From assembly GCA_963815115.1 (NCBI GenBank), contig CAWFFN010000012.1:192001-256000 (forward strand): a DNA stretch of 64,000 nucleotides. Direction: 5' to 3'. How positions within the stretch are numbered: the first letter of the stretch is position 1; every line of letters starts with the position of its first letter. The position numbers and the translations under genes were made by a program. Source of the stretch: an uncultured delta proteobacterium. GTDB lineage: Bacteria > Desulfobacterota > Binatia > DP-6. The notes under the pieces were generated by a model that had not been told where the DNA came from, did no database searches, and saw nothing but the letters and a program-made list of their open reading frames with translations. Below are positions 10,922-20,778 of this stretch, one piece after another.

Positions 10922-12412
10922 CTACGAGGCCATTCTCGCCAGCGCGTCTTCCCGAGGCACGTGCCGGAAAGCCTGCTCGGGTCCCATTCCCGCGAGCACC
11001 CGCGCCAGCATCGGGAGCGACCGCAGCACCAGCTCCGGATCGCGCGCCAGGCGCTCGGGGGGCTCGAGCATGTGAAACACGCGCAGCAGCCCGCGGAATA
11101 CGACCGGGTCGACGCGCGTCGCCGGCAGCATGGCACGGTCGAGGAACCAGCCGAACGCCTGCTCCGCCATCACGGTCAGGTAGGCGAGCGCGTTGCCGGG
11201 TGGCGTGGCCGGAGCCTCACCCCGCGCACGCCGGTCGGCGGCGATCGCCGCGTCCACGAACGGCCGCACCTGGGTCTCGCTCAGGCGATGCAGCAGGCAC
11301 GCGGCGGCGACGGGATCGCGCGGATGCCGTCCGACGGCTTCGTCGAGGAGCGTGGCCTGGACCATCGCCTGGGAGCAGCCTCGGCCGTAGATCGGGTTCG
11401 AGTGGTACGCGGCGTCGCCGATCACGAGCAGGCCCGGCGCCACCGGGCCGTCGGCATCGACGAAGCGGCGCAGCCGGTTGCGCAGCTGTCCCATGACGAG
11501 GACCGGAGTGCCCGCGCCGCCGATCGGCGCCGACACTCCGCGCGCGCGCCAGGGCGCGATCTGCGGAAACGCGGTCACGAAGCGCTCGAAGCGTCGCGGG
11601 TCGGCGAGCTCCTTCAGCCCCGCGTCGTCGACCGGTGCTCCGACCGTGATCGAGAAGGTGTCGGCGTCGCCCGGGAAGACCGCGATCTTCACCCAGCCCA
11701 GGTCTCCGGCGACCAGACCCGTCGTGCCGCGCGGCACGCGGCCGCGCCGGAGCCGATAGAAGCGCGTGTAGTAGAAGATGCCGGTGTCCTGGCTGCGCTC
11801 GCGGGGCGACGGCGCGCCGAGGGCGGTGACCCACGTCGGCACCGGCGAGCGCCGGCCGAGGGCGTCGACCACGAGCGCGGCGGCGAGCTCGCTCCCGTCG
11901 GCCAGCCGCACGCCGCGCACCCATGGACGGCCGCCATCGCGGCTTTCGCCCACGAGTCCGGTGACGGTGACGCCCTCGCGCAGCTCCACGCCGGGCTGGG
12001 CGAGCACGCTCGCGCACAGCGCCCACTCGAAGGTCGTCCGCCGGCACGCGAGGAGGACGACGTCCTCATCGGCGGGCTCCGGCCGGAATCCCATCTCCGG
12101 CGGCGCCATGTCCGCCAGCGCGATCTCGCGCACCCCGCTCGCGCGCAGCCGATCCAGCACGTCCGGAAGATGAGCGAGCAGCACCAGCCGGAGCCGCGCC
12201 AGGAAGGCGTGCGAATGGCGAAGCTGTGGCACGCCACCGCGCCGCCACGTGGTGAAGGCCTCCTCGGCCGTCGTCACGTCGCCGCGGAGATCGCGCTCGA
12301 GGACGATGACGCGCGGGAAGTGGCGCGCGAGCAGGCGGGCGGCGGTCAGGCCGGCAATCCCGCCGCCGAGGACGATCGCGGGCGCGGACGGAACGGGCTC
12401 GAGGCTGGACAT
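10922..12412 (-). CDS. FAD-dependent oxidoreductase/monooxygenase
   Basis: GGGIAGL, ERD, VDALGRRS, IGDAAYHSNPIYGRG. Confidence 0.85.
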   Translation of the reverse strand: MSSLEPVPSAPAIVLGGGIAGLTAARLLARHFPRVIVLERDLRGDVTTAEEAFTTWRRGGVPQLRHSHAFLARLRLVLLAHLPDVLDRLRASGVREIALADMAPPEMGFRPEPADEDVVLLACRRTTFEWALCASVLAQPGVELREGVTVTGLVGESRDGGRPWVRGVRLADGSELAAALVVDALGRRSPVPTWVTALGAPSPRERSQDTGIFYYTRFYRLRRGRVPRGTTGLVAGDLGWVKIAVFPGDADTFSITVGAPVDDAGLKELADPRRFERFVTAFPQIAPWRARGVSAPIGGAGTPVLVMGQLRNRLRRFVDADGPVAPGLLVIGDAAYHSNPIYGRGCSQAMVQATLLDEAVGRHPRDPVAAACLLHRLSETQVRPFVDAAIAADRRARGEAPATPPGNALAYLTVMAEQAFGWFLDRAMLPATRVDPVVFRGLLRVFHMLEPPERLARDPELVLRSLPMLARVLAGMGPEQAFRHVPREDALARMAS

Positions 12413-12500
12413 TCCATCGAGTGATACGCGATCGCCCGGGCCCTGTCGCCCCCTGCGCGGCTTGAACGTGCCTGGCCCGTGCGCTTTGCTTCATGCGCGA

Positions 12501-13328
12501 ATGCCGAGCGTCCACGCCAAGAGCTTCGACCGGGTTGCGCACTGCTATGACGCCACGCGCGCGATGCCCGATGCCGCGCACGCCGGGGTCACGGCTGGCC
12601 TGGCGCGAGCGCTGCGCGCCGTCAGCCCGGCGCCGAGGCTGCTCGAGATCGGCGTCGGCACGGGCCGGATCGCCGTCCCGCTGGCCCGCAGCGGCGTCGA
12701 CGTCGTCGGTATCGACGTCGCCCCCGAGATGCTCGCCCGCTTGCGCGCCCGACGGCCGGAGCTGCCGGTTCTGATCGCCGAGGCTGCACGGCCGCCCTTT
12801 CGCGAGGCGAGCTTCGACGGGGTTCTCCTCGTGCACGTGCTGCACCTCCTGCCGGATCCCGAGCGAGCGTTGCACGCCGCCAGCGACCTGCTGCGCCCGC
12901 ACGGCGTGATGCTCTACGGGCGCGAGGAGCGCGGCACGAGCCCGTTGCGCGGGGTCGCGGCGATCGTGCGAGCCATCGTGGCGGAGCTCTCCGGCGTCGA
13001 CCTGCCGTCGCTGGGGTGGAACGAGCGCGCCATCGCCGCGTTCCGCGCACACGCCCGCGCGCGGGGCGCCGACCCGGCGGAATCGGTGCTGGCCCGCTGG
13101 CCGGAGCAGGCGACCGGCCGCAGCCTCCTCGACCACATTGCCGGGCGTATCTGGTCGAGCACCTGGGACATCCCGGATGCGGTGATGCCGGAGCTGTTGC
13201 GCCGGCTGGCGCCGCGCGTCGAGGCCCTCGTCGGCGACCTCGATCGTCCGCTGGAGTGGGAGACCACTTTCGTGCTGCTGGCGAGCCGGCCGGGAGCGCG
13301 AGTCGACCGGCCGCCCGGGCCGCGATAG
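12501..13328 (+). CDS. Class I SAM-dependent methyltransferase
   Basis: SFDRVAHCYD, LEIGVGTGR, GIDVAPEML. Confidence 0.9.
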   Translation: MPSVHAKSFDRVAHCYDATRAMPDAAHAGVTAGLARALRAVSPAPRLLEIGVGTGRIAVPLARSGVDVVGIDVAPEMLARLRARRPELPVLIAEAARPPFREASFDGVLLVHVLHLLPDPERALHAASDLLRPHGVMLYGREERGTSPLRGVAAIVRAIVAELSGVDLPSLGWNERAIAAFRAHARARGADPAESVLARWPEQATGRSLLDHIAGRIWSSTWDIPDAVMPELLRRLAPRVEALVGDLDRPLEWETTFVLLASRPGARVDRPPGPR

Positions 13329-13331
13329 GCG

Positions 13332-14015
13332 GTGCCGCCGATGGCGCGGAAGCCTCGCGAAGCGAGCGTGGAACGGTGGACGGTGCTCCACTTCCCTGCC
13401 CTGGCGCGGGTCATCGTCGCCGCTATCCTGGGTCTGACCGCCTTCTGGTTCGCGTCGAGCCGGATGCAGATGGGGCTCGCGTTCCTCGTCGGATGGGACA
13501 CCATCGCGGCGAGCGTCCTCCTGGCGGTGTGGCCGGTGATCGTGAGGCTCGACTGCGCACAGACGAGGGCGCTCTCCACGCGCGAAGACGAGACTCGCGC
13601 CACGGCCGGACTGCTCGAGGTCGGCGCCTCCACCGTCAGTCTCGTGGGCGTGTTCTATGCGCTCGGGCAGGCGAGCCAGCTCCACGGCGTCGAGCGCATC
13701 GTGATGACGACGGCGGCCATGATCACGATCGTACTGTCGTGGCTGCTGGTCAGCACGGTGTTCATGCTGCGCTACGCCCACCTGCACTTCATGTCGAAGG
13801 TCGGAGGTCTGGATTTCCACGGCGACACGCCGCCCGACTATCTCGACTTCGCCTACCTGGCCTTCACCGTCGGCATGACCTACCAGGTCTCGGACACCGA
13901 GGTGCGCGACCCTGCCATCCGCCGTGCGGTGCTGCGGCAGGCGCTGATCTCCTACCTCTTCGGCGCGGTCATCATCGCGGCGACGATCAACGTCGTGGCC
14001 GGCTTCGTGCACTAG
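13332..14015 (+). CDS. DUF1345 family membrane protein
   Basis: Several TM helices; RYAHLH, PDYLDFAYLAFTVGMTYQVSDT signature. Start uncertain. Confidence 0.88.
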   Translation: MPPMARKPREASVERWTVLHFPALARVIVAAILGLTAFWFASSRMQMGLAFLVGWDTIAASVLLAVWPVIVRLDCAQTRALSTREDETRATAGLLEVGASTVSLVGVFYALGQASQLHGVERIVMTTAAMITIVLSWLLVSTVFMLRYAHLHFMSKVGGLDFHGDTPPDYLDFAYLAFTVGMTYQVSDTEVRDPAIRRAVLRQALISYLFGAVIIAATINVVAGFVH

Positions 14016-14560
14016 GCTGGTCGGATCTTCCCCGGAAATCCCTCGGCGAGGGCGCGCTCGGTGATCCGCATGACGAACCCCGTCTTCGCGTCCGCGTACG
14101 CCTGCCGCGAGTCGAAGGTCGCCGCGCTGTACGATGGCGCAAGTTCGCGCTTGAGCTCCTCGTACTCGCGGGCCACCTCGGAATGCGCCCGCAGGTAGTC
14201 CCGAAACGCCAGGGTCCGACGCTCCTCCGTCCCTCCCGATTCGACGACGTGCACGTGGTGGGTGTGGGGCCATGCGGCGGGCCGGTGGAAGAGGACGCAG
14301 AAGGAATCGTCCGGATGCGGCACGTGGACGTAGCCGAGCTGCACGATGCGGACCCGGTACGGTTCGAGAGGTTGCACCCGACGAACGGAAACCTGGATGT
14401 CGATGACGGGTTTCGCGGCGAGGCCGGGGACCGAGGTGGAGCCGTTGTGGTCGATGCGGATCGCGAGATCGCCCATCGCAGCCGCGAGCCGGTCACGCTC
14501 CGCGGAGAACGCCTCCGGCCACGCCGGATCGTACGGCACGATCTCCAGGGCTCCGGCCAT
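14012..14560 (-). CDS. GrpB/UPF0157 family nucleotidyltransferase-like protein
   Basis: YDPAWP, HNGSTSVPGLAAKPVIDI, FRDYLR, YADAK. Confidence 0.92.
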   Translation of the reverse strand: MAGALEIVPYDPAWPEAFSAERDRLAAAMGDLAIRIDHNGSTSVPGLAAKPVIDIQVSVRRVQPLEPYRVRIVQLGYVHVPHPDDSFCVLFHRPAAWPHTHHVHVVESGGTEERRTLAFRDYLRAHSEVAREYEELKRELAPSYSAATFDSRQAYADAKTGFVMRITERALAEGFPGKIRPA

Positions 14561-14608
14561 GTGATGCTCGCGCTACCGCCCGTGCTCGACCGCTCGCGGC
14601 GGCTCCGG

Positions 14609-15820
14609 CTACGAGATCGCGCCCGTCGCTTTGAGCTCGGCCATCTGCTCCCAGGTGAGCCCCAGCGACAGCAGCACCTCCTCGGTGTGCTGCGCCGCCT
14701 CGGGCGCCGGCCGCAGCGTCGGCGGCGTCTCGTCGAACTGCACCGGGCTGGCGACGAGCGTGAACGTCGTGCCGTCGCCGCGATCGACCTCCGGCAGGTA
14801 GCCGTTGGCGATCGCCTGCGGGTCGCTGCCGACCTCGCGCGCGCTCTGCATCGGCGCCCACACGCCTTCCACCTCCGCCAGCGTCTCGCGCCATTCCGCC
14901 AGCGTGCGCGCGGCGAAGGTCCCCGCCAGCTCCTGCACGCACTCCTTGCGGTTCATGAAGCGGGCCATGCCGCTCTCGTAGCGCTCGTCCGTGACGAGGT
15001 CCTCGCGGCCGATGTGGCGGCACAGGTCGGGCCAGAAGCGATCCGGCTGCAGCATGTTCAGGAAGAGCCAGCGCCCATCCTTGGTGCGGTAGCTGTTGAC
15101 GATCGGGTTCGGCGACTCGGTGCGGTCGAACGCCGGCATCTCCTGCTCGGTGAGCCGTGTCATCACGATGTCGGGCGCGAGGATCCACATCGCGGTGCCG
15201 AGCAGCGAGACGTCGATCAGCGACGCCTCGCCGGTGCGTTCGCGGCGGAAGAGGGCTGCGGCGATGCCGCCCGCGACCGTCATGCCGCCCGCCGAGTCAC
15301 CGAACGCGGCCCGCTGCATGATCGGCGCGACGGCTCCCGGTGGGGTCAGGGCGTGGGCGATGCCGCCCCGTGACCAGAACGACGCGGCGTCGTAGCCGCC
15401 CTTCTCCGCGTCGGGCCCGCGCGCGCCCTGGCCGTGACCGCGCACGTAGATGATGCGCGGGTTCACCGCGCGGATGTCCTCGAGCTCGATGCGAAGCTTC
15501 CGTCGCGCCGACGGCAGGAAGCTGGTGAGGAAGACGTCCGCCGTTTCCACGAGCCGGAGCAACGTCTCGCGCCCCGCCGGATTCGCGAGGTCGATCCCGA
15601 CGCTGCGCTTGCCGCGGTTCGACTGCTCCATCATGAAGTTGACGCTGCCGGTCGGCGGAAAGAAGCCCGAGGTGACGAGACCGCGCAGCGGGTCGCCCGT
15701 CACCGGATGCTCGATCTTGATGACGTCGGCTCCCCAGTCGGCGAGCACCGCTCCGGCCGACGGGACGAACCACCACTGGGCGACCTCGACGACGCGGATG
15801 CCAGTCAGGACCTGCTCCAT
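14609..15820 (-). CDS. Family III CoA-transferase (CaiB/BaiF)
   Basis: LADWGADVIKIEHP, NRGKRS, GYD, FGD. Confidence 0.93.
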   Translation of the reverse strand: MEQVLTGIRVVEVAQWWFVPSAGAVLADWGADVIKIEHPVTGDPLRGLVTSGFFPPTGSVNFMMEQSNRGKRSVGIDLANPAGRETLLRLVETADVFLTSFLPSARRKLRIELEDIRAVNPRIIYVRGHGQGARGPDAEKGGYDAASFWSRGGIAHALTPPGAVAPIMQRAAFGDSAGGMTVAGGIAAALFRRERTGEASLIDVSLLGTAMWILAPDIVMTRLTEQEMPAFDRTESPNPIVNSYRTKDGRWLFLNMLQPDRFWPDLCRHIGREDLVTDERYESGMARFMNRKECVQELAGTFAARTLAEWRETLAEVEGVWAPMQSAREVGSDPQAIANGYLPEVDRGDGTTFTLVASPVQFDETPPTLRPAPEAAQHTEEVLLSLGLTWEQMAELKATGAIS

Positions 15821-15909
15821 GCCAGACAGTCGCTACCACGCCCGATCGGCCACAGGCCAGCGTTGCATGATGGCGAAGAACCGCCGACTCGTGCTAGCCA
15901 GACGGCCGC

Positions 15910-16851
15910 ATGGCTGCACCGCCGCGTCCCCTCAGCCGCCCGGTTCGCTTCTTCTTCATGAATCTCGGGACCCTGATCGGGATCATCGTCTACTTCAACA
16001 TCTGCGGGCCCGCTCCGTACCCGCTCGGCGCCGTGACGCACGCGCTGCGAACCGCCCTGGTCGTCCACACGATCTACATGGCGATCGCGCGCTGGCTGGG
16101 CGAGATGAAGCAGTTCGACGTCACCCTGTGGCTCCTGCTGGCAGTCGGCACGGTGGCGACCTACGCCGGCGCGACGTCGATCCTCTGGGCCTACCAGCAC
16201 TACTCCCCGGCCATCCTGTTCACGGCGTTCGGGCTCACCGCGCTGCTTCCGCTGCTCTTCGGCCGGGAGCCGTTCACGGTGTACTACGGCGTACGGCAGG
16301 CGCCCAGGTGGCAGCACCGCACGCCGGCCTTCCTGGAGATCAGCCGGGTCATGGCGGGCTTCTGGGCCATCGTCTTCTTCACCGCCGCGGCGCTCTGCTT
16401 CGCCCGACCCACCGACCCGATGTTCACGGCGGTGTACGCCAACCTGGTGATCCTCGGCATCGGGTTGACGGCGGGCTTCTGGCTCCCGCCGCTCTACCTG
16501 AGGCTGTTCCCGCCCGCGATGCCCGACACGGCGGAGCCGATCATCATGGGGATGCCTCTCGCCTTCGACCGCTCCGCGGCGGGCGACGCGCGCGCCGTGA
16601 TCCAGTTCCGGGTGAGCGGCGACGAGCCCGGCGACTACTGGCTGCGGGTCGCCGACGGCCGCTGCGAGAGCTTCGAGGGCATGGCCCCGTCGGCCGACCT
16701 CACCGTGCACACCCCCGGCCATGTCTGGGTGGGCGTCGTGCGCGGCGACGTCGACGGCACCCAGGCGCTCATGGAGGAGCGCTACCGGGTGGAAGGCGAC
16801 GTCGCCCTGCTGCTCAAGCTGAACGAGTGGTTCCGCACCAACGGGAAGTAG
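15910..16851 (+). CDS. Membrane protein with C-terminal SCP2 sterol/lipid-binding domain
   Basis: About 6 TM segments, then FDRSAAGDARAVIQFRVSG...ADLTV...ALMEERYRVEGD. Confidence 0.75.
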   Translation: MAAPPRPLSRPVRFFFMNLGTLIGIIVYFNICGPAPYPLGAVTHALRTALVVHTIYMAIARWLGEMKQFDVTLWLLLAVGTVATYAGATSILWAYQHYSPAILFTAFGLTALLPLLFGREPFTVYYGVRQAPRWQHRTPAFLEISRVMAGFWAIVFFTAAALCFARPTDPMFTAVYANLVILGIGLTAGFWLPPLYLRLFPPAMPDTAEPIIMGMPLAFDRSAAGDARAVIQFRVSGDEPGDYWLRVADGRCESFEGMAPSADLTVHTPGHVWVGVVRGDVDGTQALMEERYRVEGDVALLLKLNEWFRTNGK

Positions 16852-16962
16852 GGTCGCGATGACGACGGACACGCCGCCGGCGATGTGACGGCCGCGGGGG
16901 CTGGCCGCGAGCGCGAGGCGCGTGCTACGACGGCGCACCCCGCGTACGAAAGGATCCTCCCG

Positions 16963-17940
16963 ATGGATTTCGCTGTCCAGCTCGGCGGCATCGAGTTCGG
17001 CCGGCTGCGCGACGTCGCGCAGACGGTGGAAGGGCTCGGCTTCCGCACCATCTACTTCCCCGATCATCTCGTCGCCGAGGGACCGGAGCGGCAGGCGATG
17101 GGCGTGCCGGCCTTCGATCCCATGCTGCAGGCCGCGATCGTCGCCGACGCCACCAGGAAGCTGCGCGTCGGCCACCTGGTGCTGTGCAACCTGTTCCGTC
17201 ATCCAGCGGTGACGGCACGCAGCCTCGCCACCCTCGATCAGCTGTCCGGCGGCCGGATGGTCGCCGGGTTGGGCTCGGGCTGGACGGAGACCGAATTCCG
17301 CATGACGGGCATCCCGTTCCCGGAGATCGGCGAGCGGCTGCGCATGCTGGACGAGGCGCTCACCTGCATCCGCGGGCTCTGGGGTCGCGAGCCGTTCACG
17401 TTCGATGGCGAGTTCTACAAGTTCGCCGCCGCCGACCTCTCGCCGCGCCCGGTGCAGGACCGCCCGTCGATCGTGCTCGGCGGCAGCGGCAAGGGACTGC
17501 TGCGGATCGCTGCGAAGCACGCCGACGTCGTCAACATCGTGAGCGAGACCGGCCGGGCGGGGTACATCGCGCTCGCCAACGCGATCAAGCTCTCCAGCGA
17601 CACCTTCCGCGACAAGGTCCGATTCCTGCGCGCCGAGGCCGCGCGCGCCGGACGGGACGGCAATGCAATCCGGGTGAGCGCGGTGCTGTTCACGGTGCAG
17701 CTCACCGAGTCGCGCGCCGCCGCCGTGGCGACCATCGAGAGCCTCGCGGGCATGTTCGGCGTGTCGCCCGCCGCGCTCCTGGCCTCGCCGCTCTTCCTCG
17801 TCGGCACCCCCGAGGACTGCGTCGAGGAGCTGCGCCGCCGACAGCGCGACTGGGACGTGTCCGAGTTCGTGGTGTCCGGGATGAACAACGTGCCCGATCT
17901 GCTCGAGCGCTTCGGGCGCGAGGTCATGCCGCACGTGTGA
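16963..17940 (+). CDS. LLM (luciferase-like) flavin/F420-dependent oxidoreductase
   Basis: FPDHL, LRVGHLV, RHPAVTA, DQLSGGR, GLGSGW. Confidence 0.92.
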   Translation: MDFAVQLGGIEFGRLRDVAQTVEGLGFRTIYFPDHLVAEGPERQAMGVPAFDPMLQAAIVADATRKLRVGHLVLCNLFRHPAVTARSLATLDQLSGGRMVAGLGSGWTETEFRMTGIPFPEIGERLRMLDEALTCIRGLWGREPFTFDGEFYKFAAADLSPRPVQDRPSIVLGGSGKGLLRIAAKHADVVNIVSETGRAGYIALANAIKLSSDTFRDKVRFLRAEAARAGRDGNAIRVSAVLFTVQLTESRAAAVATIESLAGMFGVSPAALLASPLFLVGTPEDCVEELRRRQRDWDVSEFVVSGMNNVPDLLERFGREVMPHV

Positions 17941-17980
17941 GGCTCCCTGGCGCGGCGCTCTGGCGTGCGCGCCCCCGCGG

Positions 17981-19378
17981 TCAGCCGACCGGGCCCTGAC
18001 GACCGCCGAGCGCCGGCAGCAGCTCGCGCGCCAGGAGGCGGAGCGTGCCCGGTTCGCCCCGGTCGTGCAGGAAGAAGACGAAGCTTCCGACCCCGAGCCG
18101 CCGCCGCTCCTCGATGCGGCGCAGGATCGTCTCCGGCGTGCCGCAGTAGCCGCCCGCTTCGAAGCCCCAGCCCGGTCCGGGGAAGCGCCGCGCGGCGACT
18201 GCGCGCGCCTCGTCGACCCGGTCCTCTCGCGCGACCAGCGCGAGCACAGCCTCCTCGGTCACGAGCAGGCTCGTCGGGTCACGTCCTGCGACCGTGCACT
18301 CCCGGCGCAGCACCTCGAGCTTCCGGGGTAGCTCGGCCAGGGCATAGGTCGGGCAGTTCCAGACGTCGGCGTGGCGCGCGACCAGCGGGAGCGTCCGCCG
18401 CTCCCCGGCGCCGCCGATGTGGATCGGCGGGTGCGGGCGCTGCAGCGGGCGGGGCAGGCTCGGCGCCGCGTCGAGCCGGTAGTGCCGGCCATCGAACGTG
18501 GGTGCGTCCTGGGTGAACAGGACGCGCAGGACCTGGACGGCCTCCGCGAGCTGCTCCGCGCGCGTGCGCTCGGAAGGAAAGGGCAGGCCGAAGCGCGCGA
18601 ACTCTTCCGGGTACGAGCCCGTTCCGAGCCCGAGGTCGAGCCGCCCGCCGCTGGCGTGATCGAGCGTCACGGCCATCTTTGCGAGCAGGGCGGGATGGCG
18701 GAACCCGTTTGCCAGCACGAGGTGGCCTAGGCGGATGCGCTCGGTCACCGCCGCGAGCGCCGTCGCGGTGGTCCAGGCCTCGAAGGACGGCACCGCCGCG
18801 AGACCGGGCGGATAGAGGTGGTCCATGAACCAGACCGAGTCGATGCCCTCGCGGTCACACAGGCGCACGCGCCCGCGCAGCTCGTCCCAGGTGAAGCCGA
18901 CCTGCGGCAGGTAGACGCCGACCTCGACGGCTCGCGCCGCAGCGGCGTCGGGCGCCGGCAGCGGTCTTCCCATGCTGATGCGATCCTCGACGGCGTATCC
19001 CAGGCGCTCGTAGAAGCGGACGACGTCGCGATTCTCTCCTTCGATCTGCAGGTTGATCTTGGGACACCCGAGCTGGCGGAGTCGCTGCTCGGCCTCCTGG
19101 ACGAGGGCCCGCCCGACACCGCGGCGCTGGTGCTCGGGTGCGACGGCGACCCGGTAGAGCCAGCCGCGGTGCCCGTCGTAGCCGGCGAGCGTGGTTCCCA
19201 CCAGCTCGGCTCCGGCGGTGGCGACCAGGAACAGCTCGGGCTGGCGGCGGCGCCGGCGCTCGATGATCTCCTCGGGCGCGCGCCAGCGCGAGTCGTCGCC
19301 GAAGACGCGACGCCAGAGCGCCGCGACGGCGGAGCCGTCGGCGCCGCGAAACTGGCGGATCTCGAGGTCGTCGGCCAT
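17981..19378 (-). CDS. GNAT acetyltransferase fused to an LLM-class oxidoreductase
   Basis: N-terminal AGYDGHRGWLYRVAVAPEHQRRGVG...CPKINLQI (YpeA-like GNAT); C-terminal WFMDHL, RHPALLAKMAVTLDHASGGR. The ATG overlaps the hemY stop. Confidence 0.85.
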   Translation of the reverse strand: MADDLEIRQFRGADGSAVAALWRRVFGDDSRWRAPEEIIERRRRRQPELFLVATAGAELVGTTLAGYDGHRGWLYRVAVAPEHQRRGVGRALVQEAEQRLRQLGCPKINLQIEGENRDVVRFYERLGYAVEDRISMGRPLPAPDAAAARAVEVGVYLPQVGFTWDELRGRVRLCDREGIDSVWFMDHLYPPGLAAVPSFEAWTTATALAAVTERIRLGHLVLANGFRHPALLAKMAVTLDHASGGRLDLGLGTGSYPEEFARFGLPFPSERTRAEQLAEAVQVLRVLFTQDAPTFDGRHYRLDAAPSLPRPLQRPHPPIHIGGAGERRTLPLVARHADVWNCPTYALAELPRKLEVLRRECTVAGRDPTSLLVTEEAVLALVAREDRVDEARAVAARRFPGPGWGFEAGGYCGTPETILRRIEERRRLGVGSFVFFLHDRGEPGTLRLLARELLPALGGRQGPVG

Positions 19379-20778
19379 CAGCGCGCCCGCTCGGCGGCGG
19401 CATCGGCGGCGGCCTCGCCGCCCCGCACGCAGTCCGGGATGCCGACGCCGCGATAGGCGGCGCCGGCGAGCGCCAGGCCCGGCAGCGCGGCGACCCGGCT
19501 CTCGATGGCGCGCACCTGTTCCAGGTGCCCGACGGCATACTGCGGCATCGCCCGCCGCCAGCGCTCGACGCGTGTCAGGACCGGCTCGGCCACGATCCCC
19601 AGCAGCGCGCGTAGCTCGCCGCGCACGGTGGCGACGAGGGCGTCGTCGTCGAGCTCGGCGAGATCCGGACGGCGCGCTCCGCCGACGAACGCGCGCAGCA
19701 GCTCGTGGCCGGCGGGGGCCCGTCCCGGGTACTTCCGGCTGGCGAAGGTGCAGGCGAGCAGCGGGCGGCCCTCGGCGAAGGGCACGACGAAGCCGAATCC
19801 CCGCAGCTTGTCCGCCACGCCCGCGGCAGGGAACCCGAGGGTCACCGTCGCCGAGGAGGCGTACTCGATCGCCGCCAGCCCGCGTGCGAGCTCCGCGTCC
19901 AGCGGTGCGACCAGGCCGGCGGCGACGTGTGCCGGCGCCGCCAGGATCACCGACTCGGCGTCGAAGGTCCGGCCTGCGGCCGAAACCCTCCAGCGCCCAC
20001 CGTCGCGCGCCAGCGACTGGACCGCCGCCCGCGTGCGAACCACCCCTTCGGGCAGGCGCTTCGCGACCGCCGCGACGAGCGCTCCCATGCCGTCCGCCGG
20101 CGCGACGAAGAGCCCGTAGCGAGCGCCCGCGCTGCCGCCCTTCGCCGTGCCGGCCCGCCGCAGCCCCAGGATCACGCTGCGGTGGGCGCGCTCCATCTCG
20201 AGGAAGCGAGGCATGGTCGCGGCGAGCGAGAGGCGCTCCGGGTCGGCGGTATAGATGCCGCCCACCAGCGGATCGGCCACGCGTTCGAGGGCCTCGACGC
20301 CGAGCCGGCGCCGCACGAACGCGCCGAGGCTCTCGTCGGCACCGGCGCCGCCGCGTGGCAGCACGAGGTCGAGCGCCATCCGGGCCTTGCCCCGCAGCGA
20401 GAAGATGGGCGAGCGTGCCAGCGGCCACAGCGCCGTCGGCGCGAGCAGGAGGAATCCATCGGGAAGCGCGTCCAGCCGGCCAGCGTGGACCACGTAGGTG
20501 CGGCGGTCGCCCTCGCGCGTGCCGACCAGCCGGTCCGCGAGCCCGACTCGCTCGCACAGGGAGAGACCCCACGGCTTGTCGGTGATCATCGAGTCGGCGC
20601 CGAGCTCGAGCACGAAGCCGCCATGGCGCTCCGTGCCGAGGCTCCCGCCGAGGCGCGCGGAGCCTTCGAGAAGCACGACGTCGAGCTCGGCGCCGGCGCG
20701 CGCGTGCTCGACGAGCCGGTGCGCGGCGGCGAGGCCGGCGATCCCGCCGCCCACGACCACGACGCGCCGGGCAGTCAC
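19378..20778 (-). CDS. hemY: Protoporphyrinogen/coproporphyrinogen oxidase (HemY type)
   Basis: VVGGGIAGL, ELGADS, GIYTADPERLS, AMPQYAVGH, GVGIPDC. Confidence 0.93.
   Translation of the reverse strand: MTARRVVVVGGGIAGLAAAHRLVEHARAGAELDVVLLEGSARLGGSLGTERHGGFVLELGADSMITDKPWGLSLCERVGLADRLVGTREGDRRTYVVHAGRLDALPDGFLLLAPTALWPLARSPIFSLRGKARMALDLVLPRGGAGADESLGAFVRRRLGVEALERVADPLVGGIYTADPERLSLAATMPRFLEMERAHRSVILGLRRAGTAKGGSAGARYGLFVAPADGMGALVAAVAKRLPEGVVRTRAAVQSLARDGGRWRVSAAGRTFDAESVILAAPAHVAAGLVAPLDAELARGLAAIEYASSATVTLGFPAAGVADKLRGFGFVVPFAEGRPLLACTFASRKYPGRAPAGHELLRAFVGGARRPDLAELDDDALVATVRGELRALLGIVAEPVLTRVERWRRAMPQYAVGHLEQVRAIESRVAALPGLALAGAAYRGVGIPDCVRGGEAAADAAAERAR

Noticed and set aside
12473-12490. 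TGGCCCGTGCGCTTTGCT as a sigma54 promoter
   Set aside because: The GG-to-GC spacing is 12 nt rather than the required 10.
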